Source: the human T2T-CHM13v2.0 reference genome, Homo sapiens. From it: a stretch of 64,000 nucleotides of DNA. Shown in pieces: positions 1 through 12,600 of the stretch; position 1 is the stretch's first letter, and every line of letters starts with the position of its first letter. Both the position numbers and the translations under genes were made by a program. The notes under the pieces are model-generated. The model was not told the DNA's origin. It saw nothing but the letters and a program-made list of their open reading frames with translations, and made no database searches. The stretch lies in NCBI RefSeq assembly GCF_009914755.1, contig NC_060940.1; one strand, written 5' to 3'.

Positions 1-211
1 GGTTCAAGTGATTCTCTTGCCTCAGCCCCCTGAGTAGCTGGGACTACAGGCACGTGCCACCATGCCTGGCTAATTTTTTGTATTTTTAGTAGAGACGGGA
101 TTTTGCTATGTTGCCCAGGCTGGTCACGAACTCCTAAACTCAGGCAGTCCACCCGCCTCGGCCTCCCAAAGTGTAATCCTGGATTATAGGTGTGATCCAC
201 CACACCCAGCC
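1..211 (-). mobile_element. Alu (AluS-like), truncated by window edge
   Basis: Antisense Alu consensus GGTTCAAGTGATTCTC...GCCTCCCAAAGTG...CACCCAGCC. Confidence 0.95.
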
Positions 212-2465
212 TTCCTTTTGTTTTTGATTTTTCCTCTTTAAACTCTACTTGTAACCACCCCTTTCCTTTCCCAAACTTTTACTAGCTTCTTCCATCCTGG
301 ACTTGCAATCTGGCTGAAAACCTGCTAAATAAGGGAACAATTTTGACATGGCTCCTGTACTCCCCACAAACCTAGTTGATTCCAGACCAGTAATGTCTTG
401 GGGACAGTGTTGTCCCATCTTCCTTTCTAGGCTGGGCTCAGATTACTGACGTGGAAGAGTTGTTGGTCCTGGTGCAACATGCCATGACCATGAGGCCTCT
501 GGTAGAAAGGAAGGAATGAAGGGTGGTTCTCCAAACCCTTGGCCCATGCCTCATCCTTCTGTTCCCTTCCTTTTCCAGGTACGTAGCTGGTCAGGTTTCT
601 TAAATTCCGTCGATCTGGCTTTATCCATTTTAAGCCTTAGGTTGTTGGAACATAGCTAAGTTGGTCACCTTTTCAAGAATTGAATCTCAAAAAAGCCATG
701 TAGACCTCGGTTGTAACCATCACATTCATTGACTTGGTTGTTGATCTGTTTGTCAGATCAGTTTTCTGTTTGGGGAACATTTTTGTAAGTGCATGTATTT
801 CAGCTTTTAACATTTTAAAAATAAAATTTCATTGGGAAAGAAATTTCATTCGACTGGAGTACCAGGAACTTAGAATGAATCCATTTGTCAGCAGTATTTA
901 TACCCTGTCTAAAAGAGTGTCCTCCCAGTTCTCTGTCTCTGTACTGTGTCCCCACTTTAAAAAATAGCTCAACCTCTCATTATATTTGCAATTTTTTGTT
1001 TTTTTCATTGCCTGGTGGGTTTTTTTTTTTTTGTCTTTTTAAATGCTCCATGTAGAAAAGAATTCCTGGAATAGTTCTTGGAACAGCGTAGGTGAATAAA
1101 TGAGCAATTATTTTGTCCTCAGCACTATAACTGATTTGAGAAGGTCAAAACAGAAAATAAAAACATGTTTCAGTAGTACCAGTTCCTGCACAGGCTGTCT
1201 GCCAACTATGGAAGTAAAGGGAATAGAATTAGGCTGTCTGGATTATAGTGGGAAAACAAAACACAATCACATCCTGCCTCAGCCTATCCTTGAACTGGTG
1301 TCTTTAGAAAGGGGAGGTCAAGTAAAGGCCATAAGGCTGGATGGTGGGGAAGAAAGAGGCCTGGGAACAGGTGAGAAACTGCAGAGCCTGGCGGAGTTCA
1401 TTTAACCTCACTGTGGTTCTGTTGGACTTAGTGCAAAATCAAGAGACCCACCTTTGCCTGCCCATCCTGCAATGGTTTGGGGGGCCCCAAGTAGATGACT
1501 GGGGAAGATGACTGGGAAACTGCAGCACTGGTTCATGTTCTGGGACAAATCAATATTAAGCAAGTTTAATGATGGGTAGGTTCATTCAAAAGGGAAATAT
1601 GTTTCAATGGAGAAGAGAAATTTGTTAGGTTGTATAATAAATATTTTGAGTGTATTTGGATAGAAGTTTATGACGGAAAAGGCAAAATTCTCTGTGTCTT
1701 TATGGGGAGATATTCGATATGTTTTTTCTTGGCAGAAATAAAACATATTCAATAATATAATTAGGCAAACTTGTTTTAGTTGACAAGAAGACCGTATCTC
1801 CGTCTGCAAGATGAAGGCAAGATCAAGAGATGTCAGTTAACATTCTTGCGACCACAGGTAGGGAGGAGAACTGGGGAGGAATTTATGGATAGGTGAGAGC
1901 ATAAAACTAGATGCGGAAGGGATGGGGGAGCAGGTAAAATAATGAGGCTCAATGTTCAAGAAGGTCTTGGGCAAGCGCGTGCTAGTTATTTTCCTCACTG
2001 GTGTGGTCGTGACAGATGAATCACATTTTACTCTCCTCCCTTTCTCATAGTATGATTACATAAAGGAGACCTTCCCTGGAAAGAGCCCTGTGCATGGCTT
2101 TTGAGAGTGGGCCTGGGCTAACAGTGAGTGTGGAAGCTTGCTGCCTTGAATTCTTTCCAATTCTGGAGAGTTGATGGGTAACAAGTGTGTATCTATAGTC
2201 TGCTTGGACATGGCGGTGTGGCCACTGACACGTTGTCAGCCATCCCCTCAACTCCAGGGACAGGAATGGTGAGAAGGTGGTGAGGGCACAGTCTGCCCGG
2301 AGACGGGACAGTTTGTACTACCTGTAGCAAGAGCATGTCTTTGAGAGCCATAGCAGCTGGCTTCCTATTTGGAGAGAACAAGAATGTGAAAAGCTATTTA
2401 TTACCAGATGTGGGCAGACCCTCCAGCCTTTTTTTGTTCTTTTAAACCCTAATCTCTTTTTAAAA

Positions 2466-2844
2466 TTTTTTTTATTTTTAATGTTTATGGGTACATAGTA
2501 GGTGCTTATATTTGTGGGGTACATCCGATGTTTTGATACAGGCATGCAATGTGAAATAATCACATATGAAGAATGGGGTATCCAACCCCTCAAACATTTA
2601 TCCTTTGTGTTACAAGCAATCCAGTCACTCTTTTAGTTATATAAAAATGTACAGTTTAAGTTATTATTGACTATAGTCACCCTGTTGTGTTGTCAAATAG
2701 TAGGTCTTATTTATTCCTTGTATTTTTTTGTACCCATTGACCATCCCCACCTCCTCATCAACCCCCCACTACCCTTCCCAGCTTCTGGTAACCATTTTTG
2801 TGCTCTCCATTTCTGTGAGTTCAGTTGTTTTGATTTTTAGATCC
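2466..2844 (-). mobile_element. L1MA-type (L1MA2/3-like) LINE-1 3' end
   Basis: T-rich tail then GGTACATAGTAGGTG...TTTTGATACAGGCATGCAATG...GACTATAGTCACCCTGTTG...CTTCTGGTAACCA, typical L1MA 3'UTR in antisense. Confidence 0.85.
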
Positions 2845-3559
2845 AAGAAACACAATCTTAGATGCATAGTAGGTGCATTCTGTTGCCATCTGCATCATGG
2901 GACTGCACAATCGGAGAGGCAGGAAGGCCCTGAGAAATACCTGATTACACACCTGCGTGCTGGGATGAGAAATATGAGGGGAGGAGAGAAAAGATGAGCC
3001 TCATATTGCATAGCAAGTCTGTGATGGAAGCAAAGTTAGACCCTGTTGATTTTTATGTCTTACCTCCTTGCCATTAGTTAGGTAAATTTAGACCACCATA
3101 TTTTCTAAGATCAGAGAATAGAGAATTTTAAATTCTAGATTCTTGCCTTGTGGATGTTGAAAAGAACAATTAAAAGTTATTTGGGATATCCAATCAGTTA
3201 ATAAATAATTATGAATGAATAAACTGTTTTGTTGAAGACACTCTTATGGCAGACATGAACATGGGGCTTAAATCAGTTCTGACATCTAGAAGCTCAAATC
3301 CAGGAGGCAGAGGAGTTGGATATTAAAGAACTCTGTGGTGAGCTGGACAGGATGACATGACAATTATGGAAGTTCAGAGCACATAGCAGTCTTTTCCAGT
3401 GATGGGGATGGAATGTGGGGGTCATGGAAGACTTTGTGGAAGAGTTGCAAGTAGAATTATTACTGTTGAAAAGAGATGGGGAGTTAGGTAGACAAACAGA
3501 AAAAATGCCACCAAACAATAAGTTAGGATAGAAAAACTCCACGTATCCATATGTCAGTT

Positions 3560-4022
3560 GGCCCATCTGTTCGTTCATACATCCTTTCATTCTTCTATCC
3601 ATCCAACCGTCCTTGCATCCATCTATCCATCCACACAACCACTTATTCTTCATTCATCTGCCCATCTGCCCACCTACCCATCCACCCTTCCATACATTCA
3701 TCTAGTCATCCCCATCCATCCACTCATCTATCCACCCATCCATCCACCCATGAATCTATCCATCCATCTGCCAATCCACCCACCCTTCCACTCACCCACC
3801 CATCCATACACACTTCCATCTGCCTTTCCAATTATCCACCCTTCCATCCATCCATCTACCCACTCATCTACCCTTTCATACATCCATACACATCCATCTG
3901 TTCATTCATCTATCCATCCATGCATCCTTCCTTCGTTGTTTTCTTCCTTCTATCCATCTATTCATCTACCCACCCCACCCACCTATCCTTCACCCATCTG
4001 GCCATCCATCCTTCTACCCACA
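3560..4022. repeat. Degenerate (CCAT)n/(TCCA)n microsatellite
   Basis: About 460 bp of CATC/CACC tetramers; source of the spurious H/P/S/I-rich ORFs. Confidence 0.95.
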
Positions 4023-4206
4023 CCTTCCTTCCTACCTTCCTTCCTTCCTTCCGTCCTTCCTTCCTTCCTTCCTTCCGTCCTCCCTTCCTCCCATCCTCCC
4101 TTCCTTCCTCCTGTCTTCCTTTCCTTTCCTTCCTTCTCTTTCTTTCTTTTGTTCCTTCCTTTCTTTCCTCCCTCCCTTTCTTTCCTCCCTCCCTTCCTCC
4201 CTTCCT
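4023..4206. repeat. (TTCC)n / CT-rich polypyrimidine tract
   Basis: CCTTCCTTCC... almost pure pyrimidine. Confidence 0.95.
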
Positions 4207-5094
4207 GTCTCCATTATTAAGTTGCTGGTATTTTGTTTCACCATTGCATTGTGTTTATCAATAGACGATTAATGGAAGAAGAGAAGAAATCAGGTGAAGT
4301 CTTTGTAGGATCTAGAATGTCTAGGCTAAGGAGTTTGAAATTTTTTATACTATGTTCTATTGGGAACCATTTCAGGGTTTTGAGATATAGTATGATATAA
4401 TAACAGCTATGCTAAATTCTTTGAAGTTATTGGTAGTGGAATATCAATCCAGAATGAAAATAAATAATTTTGGAAATGAGCCTGTCATTGAAATATACTT
4501 TATTTCTCGTTAAATGTCCCAGCAAAAGTATTTTGGTTGTTAAAATAAAGGAACAACCATTAGAAAGGAGGAGGAGAAGAATTAGAAGGAAAAAAAAGGT
4601 AAAGGTAAAGTACCTTGGTATTTTAGGGTTTCTAAGATTAGGAACTTTAAATGTTGACCCCATTTTGGTCTTTACCTTCAAAAGACGGGAGAAAGACTGA
4701 GAGAAGTTTCTAAGCTGATGCTGCTCTACTACCTGGAGTAGGAATGAGAAACCATCTATAAATATTACCTTTGGTGTTTCCATCAAAAATTTAGAATTTC
4801 ACCCTATTCTATTTTTAATTCTGGTTTAAGACTGAAGGGGTTCTTGGTGAATACTTTTGTAGATACAATTAATAGTTATGAAAATCATTACTGATTACCT
4901 CCAGGGTTCAGATATTGGGCTGAATGTCTTCTCTCACCATCAGAACTACCTTTTGACTAGATGTTAATTATTAACATATTTTAGATTAGTCAGACAACTG
5001 CAATATTTAAGGAATACGTCCAAGGTCACACAACTAAAAGAAGTGACAAAGTACGGTTTCAGACCCTTTTAGTCTTTTCTGTGTTGCAAAATTG

Positions 5095-5300
5095 AGATAA
5101 TGATAATAGCTAATGATACCTCTCCCTTACTGATAATTGAATGTTTTATGTGAATTAAAAAGTTTAATCTGCATAGTGTTTCATCAAGATAGATTCCTTG
5201 TTATCCTCATTTTGGAGATGAAGAGACTCAGGCATGCAAAGGTGAAGTAATTTTCCCAGGGCCAGAGGGCTAAGGAAAGGGAGAATTGGGATTAATTCTA
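5095..5300 (-). mobile_element. MIR SINE
   Basis: CCTCATTTTGGAGATGAAGAGACTCAGGC...GGTGAAGTAATTTTCCCAGGG matches the antisense MIR core. Confidence 0.75.
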
Positions 5301-5499
5301 CATTGTCTACTGGTAATACCTATTGCTCATTTTTACCAGTTAAAACTATTTAATGAGCATTTGCCCACTTTCTAAAAATATGATGGTCTTAGTTACCCAC
5401 ATGGACCTACTCTATCCCAGGCAGATGCCACAAATTATTTTGTTTTCTTTTTGTATATATTTATGCTGTTTCCTCATTTTTAAATAGTGGGCTTTGATG

Positions 5500-5810
5500 A
5501 CTATTCTTCTACATAAATTATTACATATCTGTATCATAGAATCTTAAAAATTATTTGATTCAAATGTATACATAATTTTCATATCCCTGATAGATATTGC
5601 CAAATATTTACCAGAAGTGAATCAAGTAGTTTTTCTACCAACATTATCTAAGAGGGCTTGTCTTATTACATCTTTGTCAGCACTAAGTATTATCTCCCTT
5701 ACTTTTTTTTTTTTTTTGGTAATCTTTGTTACTTTGTTAGGATTAAAGTAGCTTCTCATTTTAATTTTCACTCCTTTAATTGAGAAGCAGAACGTATTCT
5801 TTTTTGGTGA
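5500..5810 (-). mobile_element. Ancient L1M(E) remnant
   Basis: GATAGATATTGCCAAA...TCTCATTTTAATTTTCACTCCTTTAATT resembles old L1 ORF2/3' end in antisense. Confidence 0.5.
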
Positions 5811-5890
5811 CTTGTTTCAGAGTCTCTTTAGTTTGAAGATACAATAGATGTAGCATCTGCTATATCCGGTAACAGGATAACAGTGCATTG

Positions 5891-5987
5891 CTGGGATGAT
5901 GAGGCTGCAGTGGGCTGTGATTGTGCCACTGCATTTTCAGCCTGGGTGACAGAGGAAGACCCTATTACAAAAAAAAAAAAAAAAAAG
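5891..5987 (+). mobile_element. Alu 3' fragment (AluJ/FRAM-like)
   Basis: GAGGCTGCAGTGGGCTGTGATTGTGCCACTGCA...CCTGGGTGACAGAG plus poly(A). Confidence 0.9.
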
Positions 5988-6006
5988 GGTCTGTTATCAA
6001 CCATGC

Positions 6007-6319
6007 TTTTTTATTTTATTTTATTTTATTTTCCTGTTTCTGAGTTAGAGTCTCTTTTGCTCAGGCTGGAGTACAGTGGCGTGATCTTGGTTCACTGCAG
6101 CATCAACCTCCTGGGCTCAAGCAATCCTCCTAGCTCAGCCTCCTGAGTACCTGGGATTGCAGGTATTTGCCACCACGCCCAGCTAATTTTTGTATTTTTA
6201 GTAGAGACAGGGTTTCGCCATGTTGGCCAGGCTGGTCTCGGACTCCTGACCTCAGGTCATCCGCCCGCCTTGGCTTCCCAAAATGCTGGTATTACAGGCA
6301 TGAGCCTCTCCATCTGGCC
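6007..6319 (-). mobile_element. Full-length Alu, S-like left arm and J-like right arm
   Basis: Both arms, linker and (TTTTA)n tail present. Confidence 0.95.
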
Positions 6320-8679
6320 TCAGCAGTGCTCTTCTGGCTAGCTTGATCATATGCCAATGTTTTATTCCTTCGTGGAGCTCAGAGTAAGCTTGTTTTACTG
6401 GACGTTTTCTATAATAAAGCTAGGGGATGGCGAATCATTCTAATTACCAAAAAGCTGTCTTTGATAACAATGTAGGAGATAACGAAGGCAGAAATAACAT
6501 TTGAGTAATTCTTTGCCATTCTGTCTCTGAATCTTGAAATAAATACTCTTGAATTTATATGTTCTTGGTCCTTTAGGAGTCATAAAAACATACCGTTACA
6601 TATGTATATGAAACGGTGAGAAACTGCGTATTTATTAAGAGTCACGACCCTTAGGACTAGACAAATCAAATTAAATCTCATAAAAACCTGTTATGGAATA
6701 TGAATACGTGGCACTATTTTTTCTTTTAGGGTGTCTTTATTAATTTTGTCATGTTTAATATGTTGCAGTTGCAAACAAAGGCATAAATGCATGCGTTCAT
6801 TCCTAATTAATTTATGTAATTGGGTTTTATAAATTTAGCTGTTTAGGAAGCTGTGCATAACACACTCCATTTACTGTGTGCTGTAGCCAATAAAAGCATA
6901 ATAGAAAGAAATATAGTTTGAAGCTCACTTCAATGGTAAATATAGATTAGTTGTAAATGATATCTTTGTAATGTTTATTTTAAATTTTGCAGTGCTGCAG
7001 ATTTTCTGAACATACCAAGTAATGTTCTTATTTGAAATAATGACTAGTTAATTACTATAAATTCTAAGTGCTCCATCTCTGACAATTAAAAATTGTCTTA
7101 CAGCTTTTTATTTATTTATTTATTTTTTTTAGTTCTTTCCAAATTATATTAAGTGCAGCATCTGGGGAAAGAAGAATGGGAATGGAAGGAGTGTGTTTAA
7201 AATGTGGGTGGTTTTGTCAATTCCTATTGGGAATGCTTGTATTTGAATGTATATACATATGCATATTTATGTGTAATGTCTATTTCATGCTAAATAGGGA
7301 GTGATCAAGTTGAAAAATAAGAAATGCTGTTTGAATTTTTAAAATAGGTTATAAATTATAACATGAAAATCAAATACAATGGGTAAAACCAGTAAATTTT
7401 AAATAAGTTTACATTTGTTGTCGTGATGTGACTGTGACGTTACCTGAGATCTCAGCAAGGAGCTCTGCAGCCCGAAAAGACCAACTGGAATGATTTGATC
7501 AGAAAGGGAATGGGTATTAGGCTGCTCCACTGATACTTTATCCACTTCGGGAGAGAGAGCCCTGTTCCTTCTTCATCTAGCTCAAGCCAACTGTCAGAAA
7601 TGCATGTCAGAGCTACACAATTCTATCCAAGGCATTAACTGTTGTCAAGTCTGTTTTTTATGAATATGTTTCAATATAAGAAATTGTCTTAGGTCCAAAG
7701 TGAAACGTCTTCCTCCTTGACTCATAGCAAGCTCATGCAGGTATTTGAACATTGTTCTGTATAATATGTGCACCTTTGAGAAATCCCATGATTCTTGCTA
7801 TTCTTTGTAAATCTAATACCTTCCATCCAGAGAGAGAGTATACATGTGGAGTCAATTGGGAGTACCTTTTGTATCCTCTAGTCTGAGCCTTACAGGTTAA
7901 AGGAGAATGTTGGATTTGCTTTTGAAAGTATGGGCTTGCGGAGATTAAAAAAAAAAAAAGAAACCTTGAATAATCATGTACAAATATAAATACTGTATGT
8001 AGAATAAGTGTAATGGATCACATTTATGATGAAATATGTATGTCTTTCCAAGGGTAAGACCTTCATAATTCATTTATAAGTTACCTTCTTTCTCTTACAT
8101 GTAAGTAGCAGAATAGTAATTTTCTTCGTTCTTTCTGAAGAATTGCCACACAGGGAATGAAAAGAAGAAAGGATAAACTTTTCTTAAACAGCAGAATGTT
8201 ATTCAGAGATAACTGGAAAAAAGTACGAGAAAAGCCAAAAAGAAAAAAAAAAATTGTGGGTCCTGGTGATGTTGGAAAAATGACGTGTGAGCTGAAGTTC
8301 CAGACGCCGAGCTTCATCTATTTTGTCATGTTATGACAGAAATCATTACAAGGGTGATAGGTTTATTTATAAAGACTTGCTTCAATATTCAAAGTACATC
8401 TATTCTAGCATTCCTCATTTTGAGCCAGGCTGTGGATCAAGATGAAAGAAAAATTAAATTGTATATTGAAGAGCTCTTAATTGAGCCATGCTGTATTTAA
8501 CAGGGAAGCATCGGCTTCTGGCAGTCGATACCACTGAGGATTTTTAATGCCCTGCATCATGAGACTGTCAGTTTGCTTTGGAGAATGCAAACAGGCTAAT
8601 GAGAAAGCCCTGCAAACTTTTGTAGTTGCTGCTGGTCTCTTTGGAAGGCAAGTGCTAATTTACCCACAGTTGAAACCTA

Positions 8680-8757
8680 ACACACACACGCGCGTGCACA
8701 CACACAGACACACACTCTCTCTCTCTTTCTCTGTCTCTCTCTCTTTCTCTGTCTCTC
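8680..8757. repeat. (CA)n/(CG)n + (CT)n compound microsatellite
   Basis: ACACACACACGCGCGTGCACACACACAGACACACACTCTCTCTC... Confidence 0.95.
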
Positions 8758-9537
8758 ATAAGGAACTAAATCCTGCGTTTTCTCACCAGAGGGCTAATGA
8801 CACACTGCTTAGTCACCCAAAACCTGTTTCCTAAGGAGCCACTTTGGGGCTTGTTTAAAGTTTTTAATGTAAGGCATTATATAATATTAGATTTCCCCTG
8901 TTTTTCCTTAATCAATGTAAATTCAATTGCATTTCAGAGGGTGGCCAAGTGGCATTTCATCATCTCTAATATCCATTTAAAAATGTTAGGTCTACCCAGT
9001 TATAATTCTCCAAAGTAGCCTATCTGTGGTTTAATATGTTATCTACATTCTCTAAGGCAGTGTTAATTTCCTTTTGTAGTTAATCTATCCTACTACCAAA
9101 TTTAGTATATTTATAGTTAAAGATTCTGTTAAGAGCTAAGTGATTTAAGTACATCTGGGATAAAGTGGCCTTGGCTTTAACTATGAAACAAATTTTCTTT
9201 ATTTCATTCTCTTCACTGATAAATCCATAGTAACTGGAGGCATTTTTAGAATTGTGGGCAATTTCAGCCTCTAAAGTTTGATTAAAGATACTTCAGATAT
9301 TCCTACTGAGAGGCTAGAGGGCTGAAAGGAATTTATTTTGGGTTCTGGCCCTAGTGCAGCTCAGTGGAAGAGAACAGACATTGTGAGTTTAATTCCCACG
9401 CTGCCAATTTCCCACGAGTCTAGGGTGGGTGTTACTTCTCAAGAAGGCGATGGTAGAACCGCTGGAGACTTCTTATGGCTGTGGCAGGGGACTCACACGT
9501 CACAAGGAGTCCAGAGGCATGGCTTTGAAGAGCTCTT

Positions 9538-9670
9538 TTCATTCATTCTTCCTTTTGTTCACTTGTACATCAAATACATGCTGTGGGCCTACTGTGTGCT
9601 GAGCACTGATCTTGTCAGGTTCTTGGGGAAGACTTCATTGCTGAGGTGACCTTTGAGCTGAGTGTATGAG
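9538..9670 (-). mobile_element. L2 3'-end fragment
   Basis: TTCATTCATTC...CCTACTGTGTGCTGAGCACTG; GGGAAGACTTC...GAGGTGACCTTTGAGCTGAG. Confidence 0.6.
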
Positions 9671-9748
9671 TGCAAGAGAGAGCGATCACACCTGGGAACT
9701 GCTTAATAAAGTCCCCGGCATCTTGAAGCCACTTGCAGACCTTGGCAG

Positions 9749-9782
9749 TTGCTGTTGCTCCTGCTGCTGCTGCTGCTGCTGC
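9749..9782. repeat. (CTG)n trinucleotide tract, about 7 pure units
   Basis: TTGCTGTTGCTCCTGCTGCTGCTGCTGCTGCTGC. Confidence 0.9.
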
Positions 9783-10049
9783 ATTGTCAAGACTACATTG
9801 ATGTCTTGGAAATATAGAAAAAAGAGGCTGCTGGACTGTGTGCTTAGAATCTGTGTGCTAACTCTGTTACCAACACCGTAGAGAAGTGGTTCCAGAAGGA
9901 AGAGTTCAGGGTGAGAATGAATAACGGAGTGGCTTTGCAGTGGGAACCTGGCTTTGCAGCACAGCTAGGATTGGAGAAGATCTTCCCAGCAGGGAGAAGA
10001 ACTCAAAGAACATGCATGAAGGGAGGAAGGTTGCACCAGTGGGAGGGAC

Positions 10050-10150
10050 CAGAATATGGTGTGGAAAGAACGAGGTTCAAATCCAGGCTCTGTCATTAAC
10101 TGCCCCTACCCTCTCTGAGCTGAGTTTGTTTTGGACACTGGAGATAATGC
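10050..10150 (+). mobile_element. MIR fragment
   Basis: GGTTCAAATCCAGGCTCTGTCATTAACT...CCTCTCTGAGCTGAGTTT. Confidence 0.6.
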
Positions 10151-10489
10151 ATGTTAACATCCTGGTAGCTCTATTTATTTGCTACCATGGTACATAATCA
10201 TGGGAGCTCTATTTATTTGAACATCTTCTTTTGTTATTATTTGGTGTACTTGGGAAAGGCATGTGGGAGCAGCAAGCAGGTGAGCATCCTGTTTGGAATG
10301 CAGGGCCGGGAACTGCCCTGCCCAGTCCAGCCTCATTCCAGAGGCTAGCACCTGGCCTCAGCTGTAGAGCTGCTGGGAGCATTTCAGCTCTCTGCTTCTT
10401 TGGCAGTCTAGTGCTGTCACAGAAGGAAAGCTCACTCCATGGAAAAGGGGGGATTGATTTCTTCTCTGAGGGCAGAGGCTGATCAGTCT

Positions 10490-10635
10490 AGGCTGGTAGG
10501 AATAGATGTAACCTCAGAGGAAACAATTTGCATTGGCGAAAGCAAGTCAATGGCCATCCCCAAATTCAAAAGGACAGGGAAGTGTAATCCTACTGTGATC
10601 CCTAAAGCATCCAGGCCCCAGGAATGGTGGTGATT
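10490..10635 (-). mobile_element. MLT1K/L-like MaLR LTR fragment
   Basis: CATTGGCGAAAGCAAGTCAATGGCCA...AAGTGTAATCCTACTGTG. Confidence 0.55.
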
Positions 10636-11039
10636 TGCCAGGGGGAAATGGAGGAACAACCCCTTCTTTGACTACCTCTGTAGTTTATATTGGATTCTGC
10701 AAAGTCCCATGAGGACTGATAGATGGGCTGTGTCTGCATTTGAATTTTGTAGCTGAAATGTGGGTGAGTTCACCTAGGTCCCCTTCATGACAAGGTGGTG
10801 AGAAACATTTTCTTGTTCTACAAATCTGAATTAGGTCCACGAAAGAGGGTATGCAGCATAGAGAGGAACCAAAAAGGACGCAAGATTTAGGATAGATATT
10901 GCCCCTTGGGAGGCCTGCCTGGTCTGCCCTTGATAACTCATGAACAGTCTGGTAATGCTGGAAGGCAAAGTAAAAGCCAACCTCTTGAGAAAGACATGGA
11001 ACACAGGATGGAACTTGAACTGCTTAAAATGGCTTTTCT

Positions 11040-11730
<691 letters not shown>

Positions 11731-12444
11731 TGGCAATGCGAATGGCATCTATTTTTAATGTGACTGAGAAAATAATTGGTCAGATATTGCAGGATTTTTG
11801 TGGGGGAGAGGGTGGAAAAGAACTTACAGATTAAAAAAAGAACTGGCATAGCACCTAGATTTTAAACAGAAGGAAAAGATGACATTGGGGACCAGAGACA
11901 GAAATTTCACTTCTGTGCCATGACAAATACCAGGGAGATGTAATTGCAAAATGAAGCTGCAAATGTCTTACCCAGGGAACTAGGTGACAACCTGCTTGGC
12001 TTCATGAAGAAGGAATAATATCCAATTAGGCTAAGTGTATTCGGTGCCTGAGTGACAAGCCCTGGAGACCTGAGGGCTTCTGGGGCCCCCAGGGCGGTTT
12101 CAGGAGGCTGTCTCCAGACCTGTCCGGGGTGTGAGCATGTCACGCTGTGGCCCGCGCCTCCCCTGTACAGCTGCCTCTGCTCTTCTAAGCACTGAAATGA
12201 GAGGTGTAACCTGTGTTCCAGAGTCTGCGCCTCCCAGCCACTGGGGCAGGGGCACCTGGCCCATCAGACTTACCTTGCCTCCCCTGCTGCCCATGCCCTG
12301 CTGCCTAGGGCTGGGCTCATGACTGGGTCCACATCAGCTCCACATTGCAGACTGACCCCCTGGACCCTCACGTCTCAGGATCCCTATCTCCCTGTCAGTG
12401 CTTTGTCACCCAAAGTCACCGCAACTCCTCTTGAGTGCTTTCAA

Positions 12445-12600
12445 GATCAGACTGAGGGGTCCTAGTTCAAGCTAATTCCTACCTGTGCGATCACTAGCCA
12501 AGTACTGAACCTCTCTGAACTTCAATTATCTCATCTGTAAAAGGGTTGGTTTGTAATTGTTCCTACCTCTTAGGGCTTTTGTGAGAGTTTAGATGATAAA
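12445..12600 (+). mobile_element. MIR
   Basis: CAAGTACTGAACCTCTCTGAACTTCAATTATCTCATCTGTAAAAGGG...CCTACCTCTTAGGG. Confidence 0.8.

Larger units (their letters stand above)
3340..4420 (-). mobile_element. Degenerate L2 LINE remnant interrupted by a microsatellite block
   Basis: L2-like segments GGAAGACTTTGTGGAAGAG...GGAGTTAGG (about 3425-3490) and GGCTAAGGAGTTTGAAATTT...GGGAACCATT...GGGTTTTGAG (about 4325-4385). Confidence 0.5.

Noticed and set aside
3551-4264. 237-aa and 220-aa ORFs, the longest in the window
   Set aside because: Translations of stop-free (CCAT)n/(CCTT)n microsatellite; low complexity.
9749-9782. CTG repeat as a disease-type expansion or poly-Cys coding tract
   Set aside because: Only about 7 pure units and no exon context.
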